Below, piece after piece: positions 1 through 7,304 of a stretch of DNA of 32,000 bases. Position 1 is the stretch's first letter. Each line of letters begins with the position of its first letter. The stretch comes from Thermovibrio guaymasensis (GTDB lineage: Bacteria > Aquificota > Aquificia > Desulfurobacteriales > Desulfurobacteriaceae), in assembly GCF_003633715.1 (NCBI RefSeq), contig NZ_RBIE01000001.1:515833-547832 (forward strand). The letters run 5' to 3'. The notes below the pieces were generated by a model. It saw only the letters and a program-made list of their open reading frames with translations, did not search any database and was not told the DNA's origin. A program made the position numbers and the translations under genes.

Positions 1-495
1 GCCCTTGCGGTTTATTCTGTTTTCTTCTACCTTTTTGCCTACACATTTATGACGATTGCAGCCTTTGGAATTATTTCACTTTTAACCGTGAAAGGCTTTA
101 AAGGAGAGAACCTCACAGAGTGGAGGGGTCTCTACGGGAGGAGTCCCTTCTTGGCCCTCCTGTCCGTAGTCATCTTTATGGCACTTGCCGGAATTCCGCC
201 TCTTCTTGGTTTCTGGGCTAAGTTCTACGTTCTTGTTGCCCTAATAAAGGCTGGAAAGGTCCTTCCTGCTGTTATCGTTATGTTGGCAAGCTTAATCTCC
301 CTCGGTTTTTACTTAAAGCCGATAGTCTTTGCCTTTATGAAGGAGGGGAGAGAGGAAGGAGTTCCGGTTGGCTTTTCCTCCTACGTAGCAGTTTTTATAT
401 CCTCATTTATACTAATAATTCTGGGGCTTTTCCCCGAAGTTGTTTCTCAAGCCTCTTTGGTTAGTTTAGCCTCTTTTATAAAGGGGACAATGTAG
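1..495 (+). CDS. nuoN: NADH-quinone oxidoreductase subunit N, C-terminal part (5' end outside window)
   Basis: Frame is open from base 1 (ALAVYSVFFYLFAYTFMTIAAFG...). Contains the antiporter-like motif 'LSVVIFMALAGIPPLLGFWAKFYVL' typical of NuoN, with several hydrophobic helices. Confidence 0.85.
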   Translation, partial: ALAVYSVFFYLFAYTFMTIAAFGIISLLTVKGFKGENLTEWRGLYGRSPFLALLSVVIFMALAGIPPLLGFWAKFYVLVALIKAGKVLPAVIVMLASLISLGFYLKPIVFAFMKEGREEGVPVGFSSYVAVFISSFILIILGLFPEVVSQASLVSLASFIKGTM

Positions 496-1884
496 ATGGA
501 GGAGCTCTACAGGCAAATTCCGAAAGTTGATAAGTTTTTAAAGGATAAGGACTTAATTGAAATCCTTGACGGTCAACCTGCTTTTTTCCTGAAGAAAGCG
601 GTAAATCAAGTTCTTGGGGAGCTCCGCTCCCAAATAGGCAAAGGAGAGGTTAAAGAGGTTAACTATGAAGAATTAAAGTTGCGGGTAAAAAGGGTACTTA
701 AGGAGCTCCTAAGGCCGAGACTTCACAGGGTAATTAATGCAACGGGAGTAGTCCTTCATACCAACCTTGGAAGGGCTCCCATCGGGAATAAGGTTGCCGA
801 AAACCTAGTTTCTGTAATAACTGGTTACTCTAACTTAGAGTACGACCTTGAAGAAGGAAGGAGGGGGTTAAGGTACAGGAACCTTGAGTGGATTTTGAAG
901 GAACTAACGGGTGCTGAGGACGTTTGTGTAGTTAACAACAACGCCGGAGCAGTTCTTCTAGTTCTCTCTGCCCTTTCAAAGGGTAAGGAAGTCATAGTTT
1001 CAAGGGGAGAACTGATAGAGATCGGAGGTTCCTTCAGGATACCCGACGTAATGGCGCAGAGCGGGGCCATTTTAAGGGAGGTTGGAACTACGAACAAGAC
1101 TCACACTTGGGATTACGAATCTGCTATAAACGAGAATACCGGTCTCCTCTTAAAGGTCCACACCAGTAACTACAAAGTCCTCGGGTTTACCCACTCTGTC
1201 TCAACTAAGGAGCTAGTTGAGCTTGGAAGGAAATACGGAATTCCTGTTTATGAAGACCTTGGAAGCGGTAGCTTTATAGATGTTAGGAAACTGGGGCTCT
1301 CCTACGAGCCTACAGTTCAGGAAGTTTTAAAGGCTGGAGTGGACGTTGTCTCTTTTAGTGGTGATAAGCTCCTCGGGGGAGCTCAAGCCGGGATAATTCT
1401 CGGAAAGAGGGAGTTTATTGAAAAAATAAAGAAGCATCCTCTAAACAGGGCTTTAAGGGTTGATAAGATGACCCTATCCGTCCTTGAAGCTGCTTTAAGG
1501 TATTACCTTGATGAGAAGCTTGCCCTAAAGGAAATTCCCGTTTGGAGGTTTCTCTCCCAGAGTAAGGAAGACATCTTTAACAAGGCAAGGGAGCTCGTTA
1601 GAGAGCTTAAGCTTAAAGGCTTTAGGGGAAAGGTGAGGATAGTTGAGGATGAGGCTGAAGTTGGAGGGGGAGCTCTTCCTCTTCAAACTCTTTCAACTTA
1701 CTGTGTTGCAGTTGAGGTTGACGGTTTGTCCCCTCAAGAAATTGATAGGAGGATGAGGAGATGTCAGGTTCCGGTAGTTGGTAGAATAAAAGATAATATC
1801 TATCTGGTTGATATGTTGACAGTTTTTGAAAAGGAAATTCCTGAGATAGCTGCAAACTTCCTTAAGATTTTGGAGGAAGAATGA
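496..1884 (+). CDS. selA: L-seryl-tRNA(Sec) selenium transferase
   Basis: 462 aa. SelA-like N-terminus (IPKVDKFLK...), 'VINATGVVLHTNLGRAPI', 'GSGSFID' and the PLP-lysine region 'VVSFSGDKLLGGAQAGIILGK'. Starts immediately after the nuoN stop. Confidence 0.96.
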   Translation: MEELYRQIPKVDKFLKDKDLIEILDGQPAFFLKKAVNQVLGELRSQIGKGEVKEVNYEELKLRVKRVLKELLRPRLHRVINATGVVLHTNLGRAPIGNKVAENLVSVITGYSNLEYDLEEGRRGLRYRNLEWILKELTGAEDVCVVNNNAGAVLLVLSALSKGKEVIVSRGELIEIGGSFRIPDVMAQSGAILREVGTTNKTHTWDYESAINENTGLLLKVHTSNYKVLGFTHSVSTKELVELGRKYGIPVYEDLGSGSFIDVRKLGLSYEPTVQEVLKAGVDVVSFSGDKLLGGAQAGIILGKREFIEKIKKHPLNRALRVDKMTLSVLEAALRYYLDEKLALKEIPVWRFLSQSKEDIFNKARELVRELKLKGFRGKVRIVEDEAEVGGGALPLQTLSTYCVAVEVDGLSPQEIDRRMRRCQVPVVGRIKDNIYLVDMLTVFEKEIPEIAANFLKILEEE

Positions 1885-3902
1885 AGAGAATTCTCCCTTT
1901 AGTTATTTTGTCTATCCTCCCCGTTGAAGCTTCTCTTTCTCAGGAGAACTTTTCCTACTACATTCTCAATCAGGAGCTTAAGGTCCTCTCTGCTACCGGT
2001 GAGGAAACCTCACTTTCAGAGGTTCCAAGGCATACCATCGTTATAACTAGGGAAGAGATAGACCGTTTAGGGGCAAAGAACCTTTTTGAGCTCCTTGATA
2101 AACTTCCGGAGTTTTACGTTCGCAGGTCTTTCTTCGGCTTAAGGGCTGTTGGGGCCCTTGGGATTCGCCAGAGTTATTTCTCAGAGAAAGTTCAGGTTCT
2201 AATTGATGGAGTATCTACACTTGACCCTTCGAACGGTTCATCTTTCAGCACTAACAATAACTACTCCCTTGATAACGTTAAGCAGGTTGAGATAATCTAC
2301 GGTCCTATGACCTCCCTTTACGGGTTTAACGCCTCCTTGGCAGTTATAAACCTTGTGACCTACGACTCAGATGATGTTAACTCCGACTTCCGTGTAAGTG
2401 GAAGTACAGGTGGCGATGATGACTTTAACTTTATAAAGTCCTTTTCAAAGGGAGGTTTTAAGGGAATCCTATCGGTTAACTACAATCAGTGGAAGACTCC
2501 TCACGGCAGTTATAGAGATTCTCTTGGAGTTTCGGGAGTTTACTCTCCTTTCAGCAAACACTCTTCCTTTTACCTTAAGTTGAATCACGAATCGGGGTTC
2601 TTCCTTAAGAGTTATGTTGTTGATAGGGACGACCACTTCCCGGTTTCTATGTCTCACCTCTTTTCAGGAGGGGATAGTACCTATGCAGATAGGAGGGCTT
2701 TTATTAACCAGCTGGGATTTAGGAGTGAGCTGGGGGGGTGGGGGTTAGAGTTAAAGGGGAACTTAAACTTCTTTTTCCTTGAGAGGGGATATAACCTCTG
2801 TCCGAAGAACCATCAGATATGTAGTCTTGTTCCTTACGGTGTCTTAGCAGTTGAAAAAAGGCACGTTAGGGAACCTGGGGTTGGTTTGAAGCTTGATAGA
2901 AAGGGCAGTCTTGGGGATTTCTTAACTGGCGTTGACTATTACGAGGTAGATTTATATAAGAGTACAATTTCTGCAACCTTTTTCCCTTCCTCCTTGAGGG
3001 AGGTTGCTCCTCAAATTGCAGCAATGGTGGCTGGCTTTCCGGTGGATATGAATTCTATTGTTTCAAAGCTTGATAATTTCCCTAAGAGGGAGCTCCCAAG
3101 TAGTGAAAGCCTCTTAATGGAGAAGTCCCGCTACGTATTCTCCCCCTACGTTCAGTACTTCTACTCAAACGGAAACAACTTTTACCTCTTTAACTTAAGG
3201 TGGCATAGGACGAATGACGTAGGAAGGGACTTAAGTGCTTCTTTCTCCTACAGGAGGAATTTAACGAGGAACTTAAACTTTAAGCTCAACTTGGGAAGGG
3301 CGGTTAGGATACCCTCCTTTGAGGAGATGTACATAAAGAATAACTCGTTCCTCCTAGGAAATCCTAAGCTTGATAGCGAAAAGGAAGACTCTATAATGCC
3401 TTCTTTAGAGTATAATGGAGATACCTTCTTCATTTCCGGTTTCCTGTACTATTCACGGTTTCACGACTTTATCTACAAGAGGAGGCTTTCTCCTGTCACC
3501 TGGAAGTGGGATAACAGTAACACTACGGTAAAAGTGAGAGGTCTCTCTCTGTCTTTGAAAAAGATTTTAAGTGACTCTTGGGAGTTAAACCTTTCCTTTA
3601 ATAGGGTTTTTTCCTTAAGTGGAGTGCCTGGAAAAGGAACTTCTTTCCCCCGTAGTAAATTTACAGGAGGGATTACTTACAGTAGAGATCCTCTTAGTTT
3701 AAATCTCTCCACAGTTGCCTATTCGCGGGTTTCTTCTACTCCTGGTTTCTACAGAACTGATTTAAATTTACGTTACTCTCTTACAGAAAGGCTATCTTTA
3801 ATGTTTCAAGTTATTAACCTAACCAATCAGAACTATACTTATCCAGACAACGTTCCAGGAGAAGAAAGAGCCTTATGGTTAGGGTTACATTACTCCTATT
3901 AA
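1881..3902 (+). CDS. TonB-dependent outer-membrane receptor
   Basis: 673 aa with signal peptide (MKRILPLVILSILPVEASLS), plug domain ('ITREEIDRLGAKNLFELLDKLPEFYVR', 'QVLIDGVSTLDP', 'VKQVEIIYGPMTSLYGFNA'), alternating beta-strand barrel and a C-terminal aromatic residue. ATGA overlap with the selA stop. Confidence 0.9.
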   Translation: MKRILPLVILSILPVEASLSQENFSYYILNQELKVLSATGEETSLSEVPRHTIVITREEIDRLGAKNLFELLDKLPEFYVRRSFFGLRAVGALGIRQSYFSEKVQVLIDGVSTLDPSNGSSFSTNNNYSLDNVKQVEIIYGPMTSLYGFNASLAVINLVTYDSDDVNSDFRVSGSTGGDDDFNFIKSFSKGGFKGILSVNYNQWKTPHGSYRDSLGVSGVYSPFSKHSSFYLKLNHESGFFLKSYVVDRDDHFPVSMSHLFSGGDSTYADRRAFINQLGFRSELGGWGLELKGNLNFFFLERGYNLCPKNHQICSLVPYGVLAVEKRHVREPGVGLKLDRKGSLGDFLTGVDYYEVDLYKSTISATFFPSSLREVAPQIAAMVAGFPVDMNSIVSKLDNFPKRELPSSESLLMEKSRYVFSPYVQYFYSNGNNFYLFNLRWHRTNDVGRDLSASFSYRRNLTRNLNFKLNLGRAVRIPSFEEMYIKNNSFLLGNPKLDSEKEDSIMPSLEYNGDTFFISGFLYYSRFHDFIYKRRLSPVTWKWDNSNTTVKVRGLSLSLKKILSDSWELNLSFNRVFSLSGVPGKGTSFPRSKFTGGITYSRDPLSLNLSTVAYSRVSSTPGFYRTDLNLRYSLTERLSLMFQVINLTNQNYTYPDNVPGEERALWLGLHYSY

Positions 3903-4609
3903 TTTTAATACCTTGTATAGCTTATGCTGGCAAGGAAGAAGTGTGTATTTACAACAGTTATAACGTTCCTCCTGCTTTAAAGCTTAAAAAGAAATTGGAG
4001 GAGATTTTAGAAGAGAAAGGATACGATGTTAGTTATATGGCTGACAACTGTGATGTTAAGTTGGTAATAGGAACTCCAGCTCTTATTAGAGTTTTGAAGA
4101 AAGAGGATTTTAAGAAACTGATTTATACTTTTGTTCTCTTTCCTGAGGAACTCCATATAATAAGGGAAAATGTTTATGGAATAAGGATTTTTCCTCTTCC
4201 TGAAAGGAGCGTAAGAGTTTTTATGAAGGAAAAGGGATTAAATAACATTGAGGTTGCTGTTCCGATTAGCCGTAAAATGCTACCTATAGCTAAGAAATAT
4301 TTACCTAAAAAGTATTTTAAAATTTTTGTTTTTAAAAAGTCCCCATCTGAAGTTTTTGGTAAGCTTATAAAGTATAAGTACGTTTATATTTTTCCGGATC
4401 CTAAAATTTTAAAGGTTGTAAATTTGGTTAATTTAATCTCCTTTGGGAAAGAAAATGGGATACTTTTTTTGACAGGTCTAAAGGATTTAAAGAATTATGA
4501 TGTTGATTTCGTTCATGGGGTTTCTTATGAAAAGCTTGCCAATGAAATGGTTGAACTTATAGATAAAGAACCTAAGGAAAAGATTCTTCCTTGTCCGGTT
4601 GAGGAGTAA
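3875..4609 (+). CDS. Secreted periplasmic protein, possibly ABC_sub_bind-like (substrate-binding-like)
   Basis: 244 aa with signal peptide (MVRVTLLLLILIPCIAYA). Alpha/beta pattern resembles the ABC_sub_bind family ('VKLVIGTPALIRVL', 'IEVAVPISRKMLPIAKKY', 'YKYVYIFPDPKIL', 'ENGILFLTG'). Family assignment needs a profile search. Overlaps the receptor by 28 nt. Confidence 0.55.
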   Translation: MVRVTLLLLILIPCIAYAGKEEVCIYNSYNVPPALKLKKKLEEILEEKGYDVSYMADNCDVKLVIGTPALIRVLKKEDFKKLIYTFVLFPEELHIIRENVYGIRIFPLPERSVRVFMKEKGLNNIEVAVPISRKMLPIAKKYLPKKYFKIFVFKKSPSEVFGKLIKYKYVYIFPDPKILKVVNLVNLISFGKENGILFLTGLKDLKNYDVDFVHGVSYEKLANEMVELIDKEPKEKILPCPVEE

Positions 4610-5856
4610 TGGTATCTTTTAGAAGATATGTATTACAAAGAGTTTTTGTTGTAGGATTTATTCTTTTTACGATAACCGTTTTATTTAGTTACTTTTCGGC
4701 TAAAGCTGTGAGGGAAGTTTATTACAAAAACTTAATTTACCTTTCAAATCTTATTGAAACTAACTTTCAAATTTTATTTGATCTTTATAGTAATGAAAGG
4801 TTTATTAAATATCAGTTATCGGAAACTGTTTTGAAAATTCCCGAGTTAGAAGGAATTTACATTGAGCATGATGGAAGGAAATTCGTTTTTCCAGATAGAC
4901 TTCATACTGTTGTAAGGGAGATTAAAAAGGATAATGCTTGTAGTAAATTGTCTTTTTGTAAAGATTTTATTGTTGTCTGTTTGCCTTTTGAAGAAAAGTA
5001 TGCTTCTGTTTTTGTTGAATCCAAGAAAGAAGGTAGATTTGTTACTATCTTTAATAGAAGTCAAGAAAGAAAATTTGTTTATGATTGGATGGCGAATGTT
5101 CTTATTTTAACTTTTGTCTTTACGGGTTTTGGATTTCTCCTTATTTCTTCCATTTGGGGAGAGGTAGGAGAGAACCTTTTTAAATTACATAGGTTAATAT
5201 CTGTGATTGAAAAGAGCTTATCGGAGGGAAGATTTTTAGTAAATGAAAGAAAGATAGGGAATTTATTAAATAGGTTTTCAATAAAAGAGTTTGAAACTGT
5301 TGCTTCTCTTATTTTATATCTTGTAAACCGGGTAAATTCCCTAAATGAGGAAATTGAAAAGTTAGCTATAATGGATCCTCTTACTTCTTTATATAATAGA
5401 AATTATTTGAGACTATTTGTTGAGGAAAAATTTCTTCCCCTTTGGAAAAGGAAAAAATTTCCCATTTCAGTTGCAATGCTTGACTTGGATAACTTTAAGA
5501 AGATAAATGATACCTATGGTCACCAGAAAGGAGATGAAGTTCTGAGGAAGTGGGCTCAAATAATTAAAAGTGAGTTAAGAAAGGCAGATATTCCTGTTAG
5601 GTTTGGTGGTGAAGAAATTTTAATTATCTTTCCCTATTCTAGGAAAGAGGAAGCTTTTAAAGCCCTTGAAAGAATAAGGAAGAAGTTACTCGAAGTGGAT
5701 TTTGGAATAGGAAGAAGGGTCTCCTTTAGTGGAGGAGTTGTAGGTTATCCAGATGATTTGGACAATATAGATTCCCTTGACGATTTAATTAAAATTGCTG
5801 ATGAGAGATTATACAAGGCTAAAAGGCTAGGAAAAAATAGAATTGTTTTAAATTAG
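4609..5856 (+). CDS. Membrane-bound diguanylate cyclase with periplasmic sensor domain
   Basis: 415 aa. TM near residues 15-35, periplasmic domain, second TM near 155-180, then GGDEF domain ('MDPLTSLYNRNYL', 'MLDLDNFKKINDTYGHQKGDEVL', 'RKADIPVRFGGEEILIIF'). GGEEI active site and an RxxD inhibitory site are present. Confidence 0.93.
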   Translation: MVSFRRYVLQRVFVVGFILFTITVLFSYFSAKAVREVYYKNLIYLSNLIETNFQILFDLYSNERFIKYQLSETVLKIPELEGIYIEHDGRKFVFPDRLHTVVREIKKDNACSKLSFCKDFIVVCLPFEEKYASVFVESKKEGRFVTIFNRSQERKFVYDWMANVLILTFVFTGFGFLLISSIWGEVGENLFKLHRLISVIEKSLSEGRFLVNERKIGNLLNRFSIKEFETVASLILYLVNRVNSLNEEIEKLAIMDPLTSLYNRNYLRLFVEEKFLPLWKRKKFPISVAMLDLDNFKKINDTYGHQKGDEVLRKWAQIIKSELRKADIPVRFGGEEILIIFPYSRKEEAFKALERIRKKLLEVDFGIGRRVSFSGGVVGYPDDLDNIDSLDDLIKIADERLYKAKRLGKNRIVLN

Positions 5857-5873
5857 GGGGGAATTCCCCCTAA
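5853..5873. terminator. Bidirectional hairpin terminator between convergent genes
   Basis: ttaggggg-gaatt-ccccctaa: 8-bp perfect stem, 5-nt loop, flanked by A/T-rich tracts on both sides. Sits exactly between two convergent stop codons and contains the TAG stop of the GGDEF gene. Confidence 0.75.
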
Positions 5874-5874
5874 A

Positions 5875-6204
5875 TCATTTAATTATTTCATCCTTTATGT
5901 CTTCGTATTTCTTATAATCTTCTTCTTTCAAGATAGAGTCAATGAACTTATCTATGTCCTCTTTTTCAAGGAATGTTCCAGTTAGGAGTCTCCCTGTATA
6001 CTCGTCGTTCTTTATCTCCCAGAACATATAAAAATCAGGGTAAATTTTCTTTATTTCTCTATAAGCAGTCCCATACTTACTGGGCTTTGTAGGATTCTGC
6101 TCAAGGAAAAAGTGGTTCGGAGCTACTACAATTCTCCAGAGCTCCACTCCAGTCTTTGTTACTACTTTCTGAAGTCTCAGTTCACGGCTCTCCTTCACTC
6201 TCAT
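5875..6204 (-). CDS. Hypothetical protein, 109 aa
   Basis: Intact ORF overlapping the upstream LysM gene stop by ATGA. Charged cytosolic-looking sequence with no motif I recognise. Confidence 0.7.
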   Translation of the reverse strand: MRVKESRELRLQKVVTKTGVELWRIVVAPNHFFLEQNPTKPSKYGTAYREIKKIYPDFYMFWEIKNDEYTGRLLTGTFLEKEDIDKFIDSILKEEDYKKYEDIKDEIIK

Positions 6205-6914
6205 TTCTTACACCCCTTACACAGGAAGTAGTCGGTTGCACTTTGGGGAACTTCTTCAGCCTTAACAGGGCCAACTTTCTTTGGTTTAACTCTTGGAGGT
6301 GGTGGAGTCCTGAGGGCCTCTCTCCTTGCCTCAATTATATCCTTGCAGGTAATATCCCTCGGTATCTTAAGTTTCTGTTTGGGGAAGATAAGGTGAGGGT
6401 TCCTAATCTTATCCCTGTTTGCCTTATAGATAAGGGGCCACTGCCAAGGGTCTCCGTAGATGTAGTCCTTAGAAGCAATACCCCATAGGGTATCTCCTTT
6501 CTTAACTTTGTAAGTCTTTGGAAGGCTCTGCCACCTTCTGAGCATCTCCTCACAACTTGAGAGCTTACTTTGAGCTTCTCTCTGCAGCTCTGCTAATCTC
6601 TGCTGGAGAGCCTCTATCTCAGCGATCTGCTGTCTTAACTTTTGAACCTCAGAGGATAGATCTCCGTACCTCTGTCTTAGTTCCTTCTCCTTAGCCCTTA
6701 GGAGTACAAGTTCCTCTTGACACTTCTGGAGTTTTAACTTGAGCTCCTCATTCTCCTTTAAGGCTTCCTTGTAAGCCTTAATTAAACTCTCCGGGTAGAA
6801 AGCAAAATCTGGTGGGTAGAGAACGAACTTATCCGTTGGGCTGGGACATCCAGCCTGTGCTACTCCTATTCCAGAAAGGAGGGCTATTGAAAAAGCAGCT
6901 ATTAGTTTCCTCAT
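6201..6914 (-). CDS. Secreted coiled-coil protein with LysM domain
   Basis: 237 aa. Signal peptide ([21 protein letters not shown]), long heptad-like region, then LysM '[52 protein letters not shown]'. Confidence 0.9.
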   Translation of the reverse strand: MRKLIAAFSIALLSGIGVAQAGCPSPTDKFVLYPPDFAFYPESLIKAYKEALKENEELKLKLQKCQEELVLLRAKEKELRQRYGDLSSEVQKLRQQIAEIEALQQRLAELQREAQSKLSSCEEMLRRWQSLPKTYKVKKGDTLWGIASKDYIYGDPWQWPLIYKANRDKIRNPHLIFPKQKLKIPRDITCKDIIEARREALRTPPPPRVKPKKVGPVKAEEVPQSATDYFLCKGCKK

Positions 6915-6919
6915 CTTAC

Positions 6920-7264
6920 CTACCTCCCCAGCCTGCTTTCAAGTTCTTCTATTTGTGATTCAAGCTCTTCTTTTGAAGGTAGAGAAGCCAGTTTTGCCTG
7001 GAGTTTCATCTTCTCTTCTTCTAAGAAGCTAATTTGGCTCTTTAAGTTTTCAATTTCTGCCTTTACTTCTTCTTTCTCACTTTTACAATTTTGAAGCTTT
7101 TCCTGAAGTTCTCTATTTTCTTCTTTAAGCTTCTTGTACTTTACAGGAAGGGTCATCTTTTTACTTTCGGCTTCAGGCTTTACGCTGCAGATATCCCCCG
7201 CGAAAGATCCTATAGGAAGGGCAAATACCCCTAGGAGAATTGTTGTAATCAGTTTTCTTTTCAT
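6920..7264 (-). CDS. Secreted small coiled-coil protein, 114 aa
   Basis: Signal peptide ([22 protein letters not shown]) followed by heptad-like Glu/Leu/Lys-rich coiled coil. Five bases upstream of the LysM gene. Confidence 0.75.
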   Translation of the reverse strand: MKRKLITTILLGVFALPIGSFAGDICSVKPEAESKKMTLPVKYKKLKEENRELQEKLQNCKSEKEEVKAEIENLKSQISFLEEEKMKLQAKLASLPSKEELESQIEELESRLGR

Positions 7265-7304
7265 AGCTCCTCCCGAGTTGATAGTTCCTCTTTATTGTAT
7301 CACT

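Noticed and set aside
825-1097. Antisense ORFs in the track over selA, the receptor, RND, TldD, 7TM-HD, Rad50 and Omp85 genes (e.g. 825..1097, 7372..7638, 10387..10746, 12013..12327, 23556..23891, 31637..31909)
   Set aside because: They lie fully opposite strongly supported genes, have low-complexity Ser/Leu/Pro-rich products mirroring codon bias, and show no recognisable domain.
496-1884. Possible selenoprotein (in-frame UGA) associated with selA
   Set aside because: All neighbouring genes are full length without an interrupting UGA, and there is no split ORF pair suggesting a Sec codon.
6156-6553. Plus-strand ORFs 6156..6488 and 6335..6553
   Set aside because: Antisense to the LysM gene, which has a clear signal peptide and domain; the products look non-functional.
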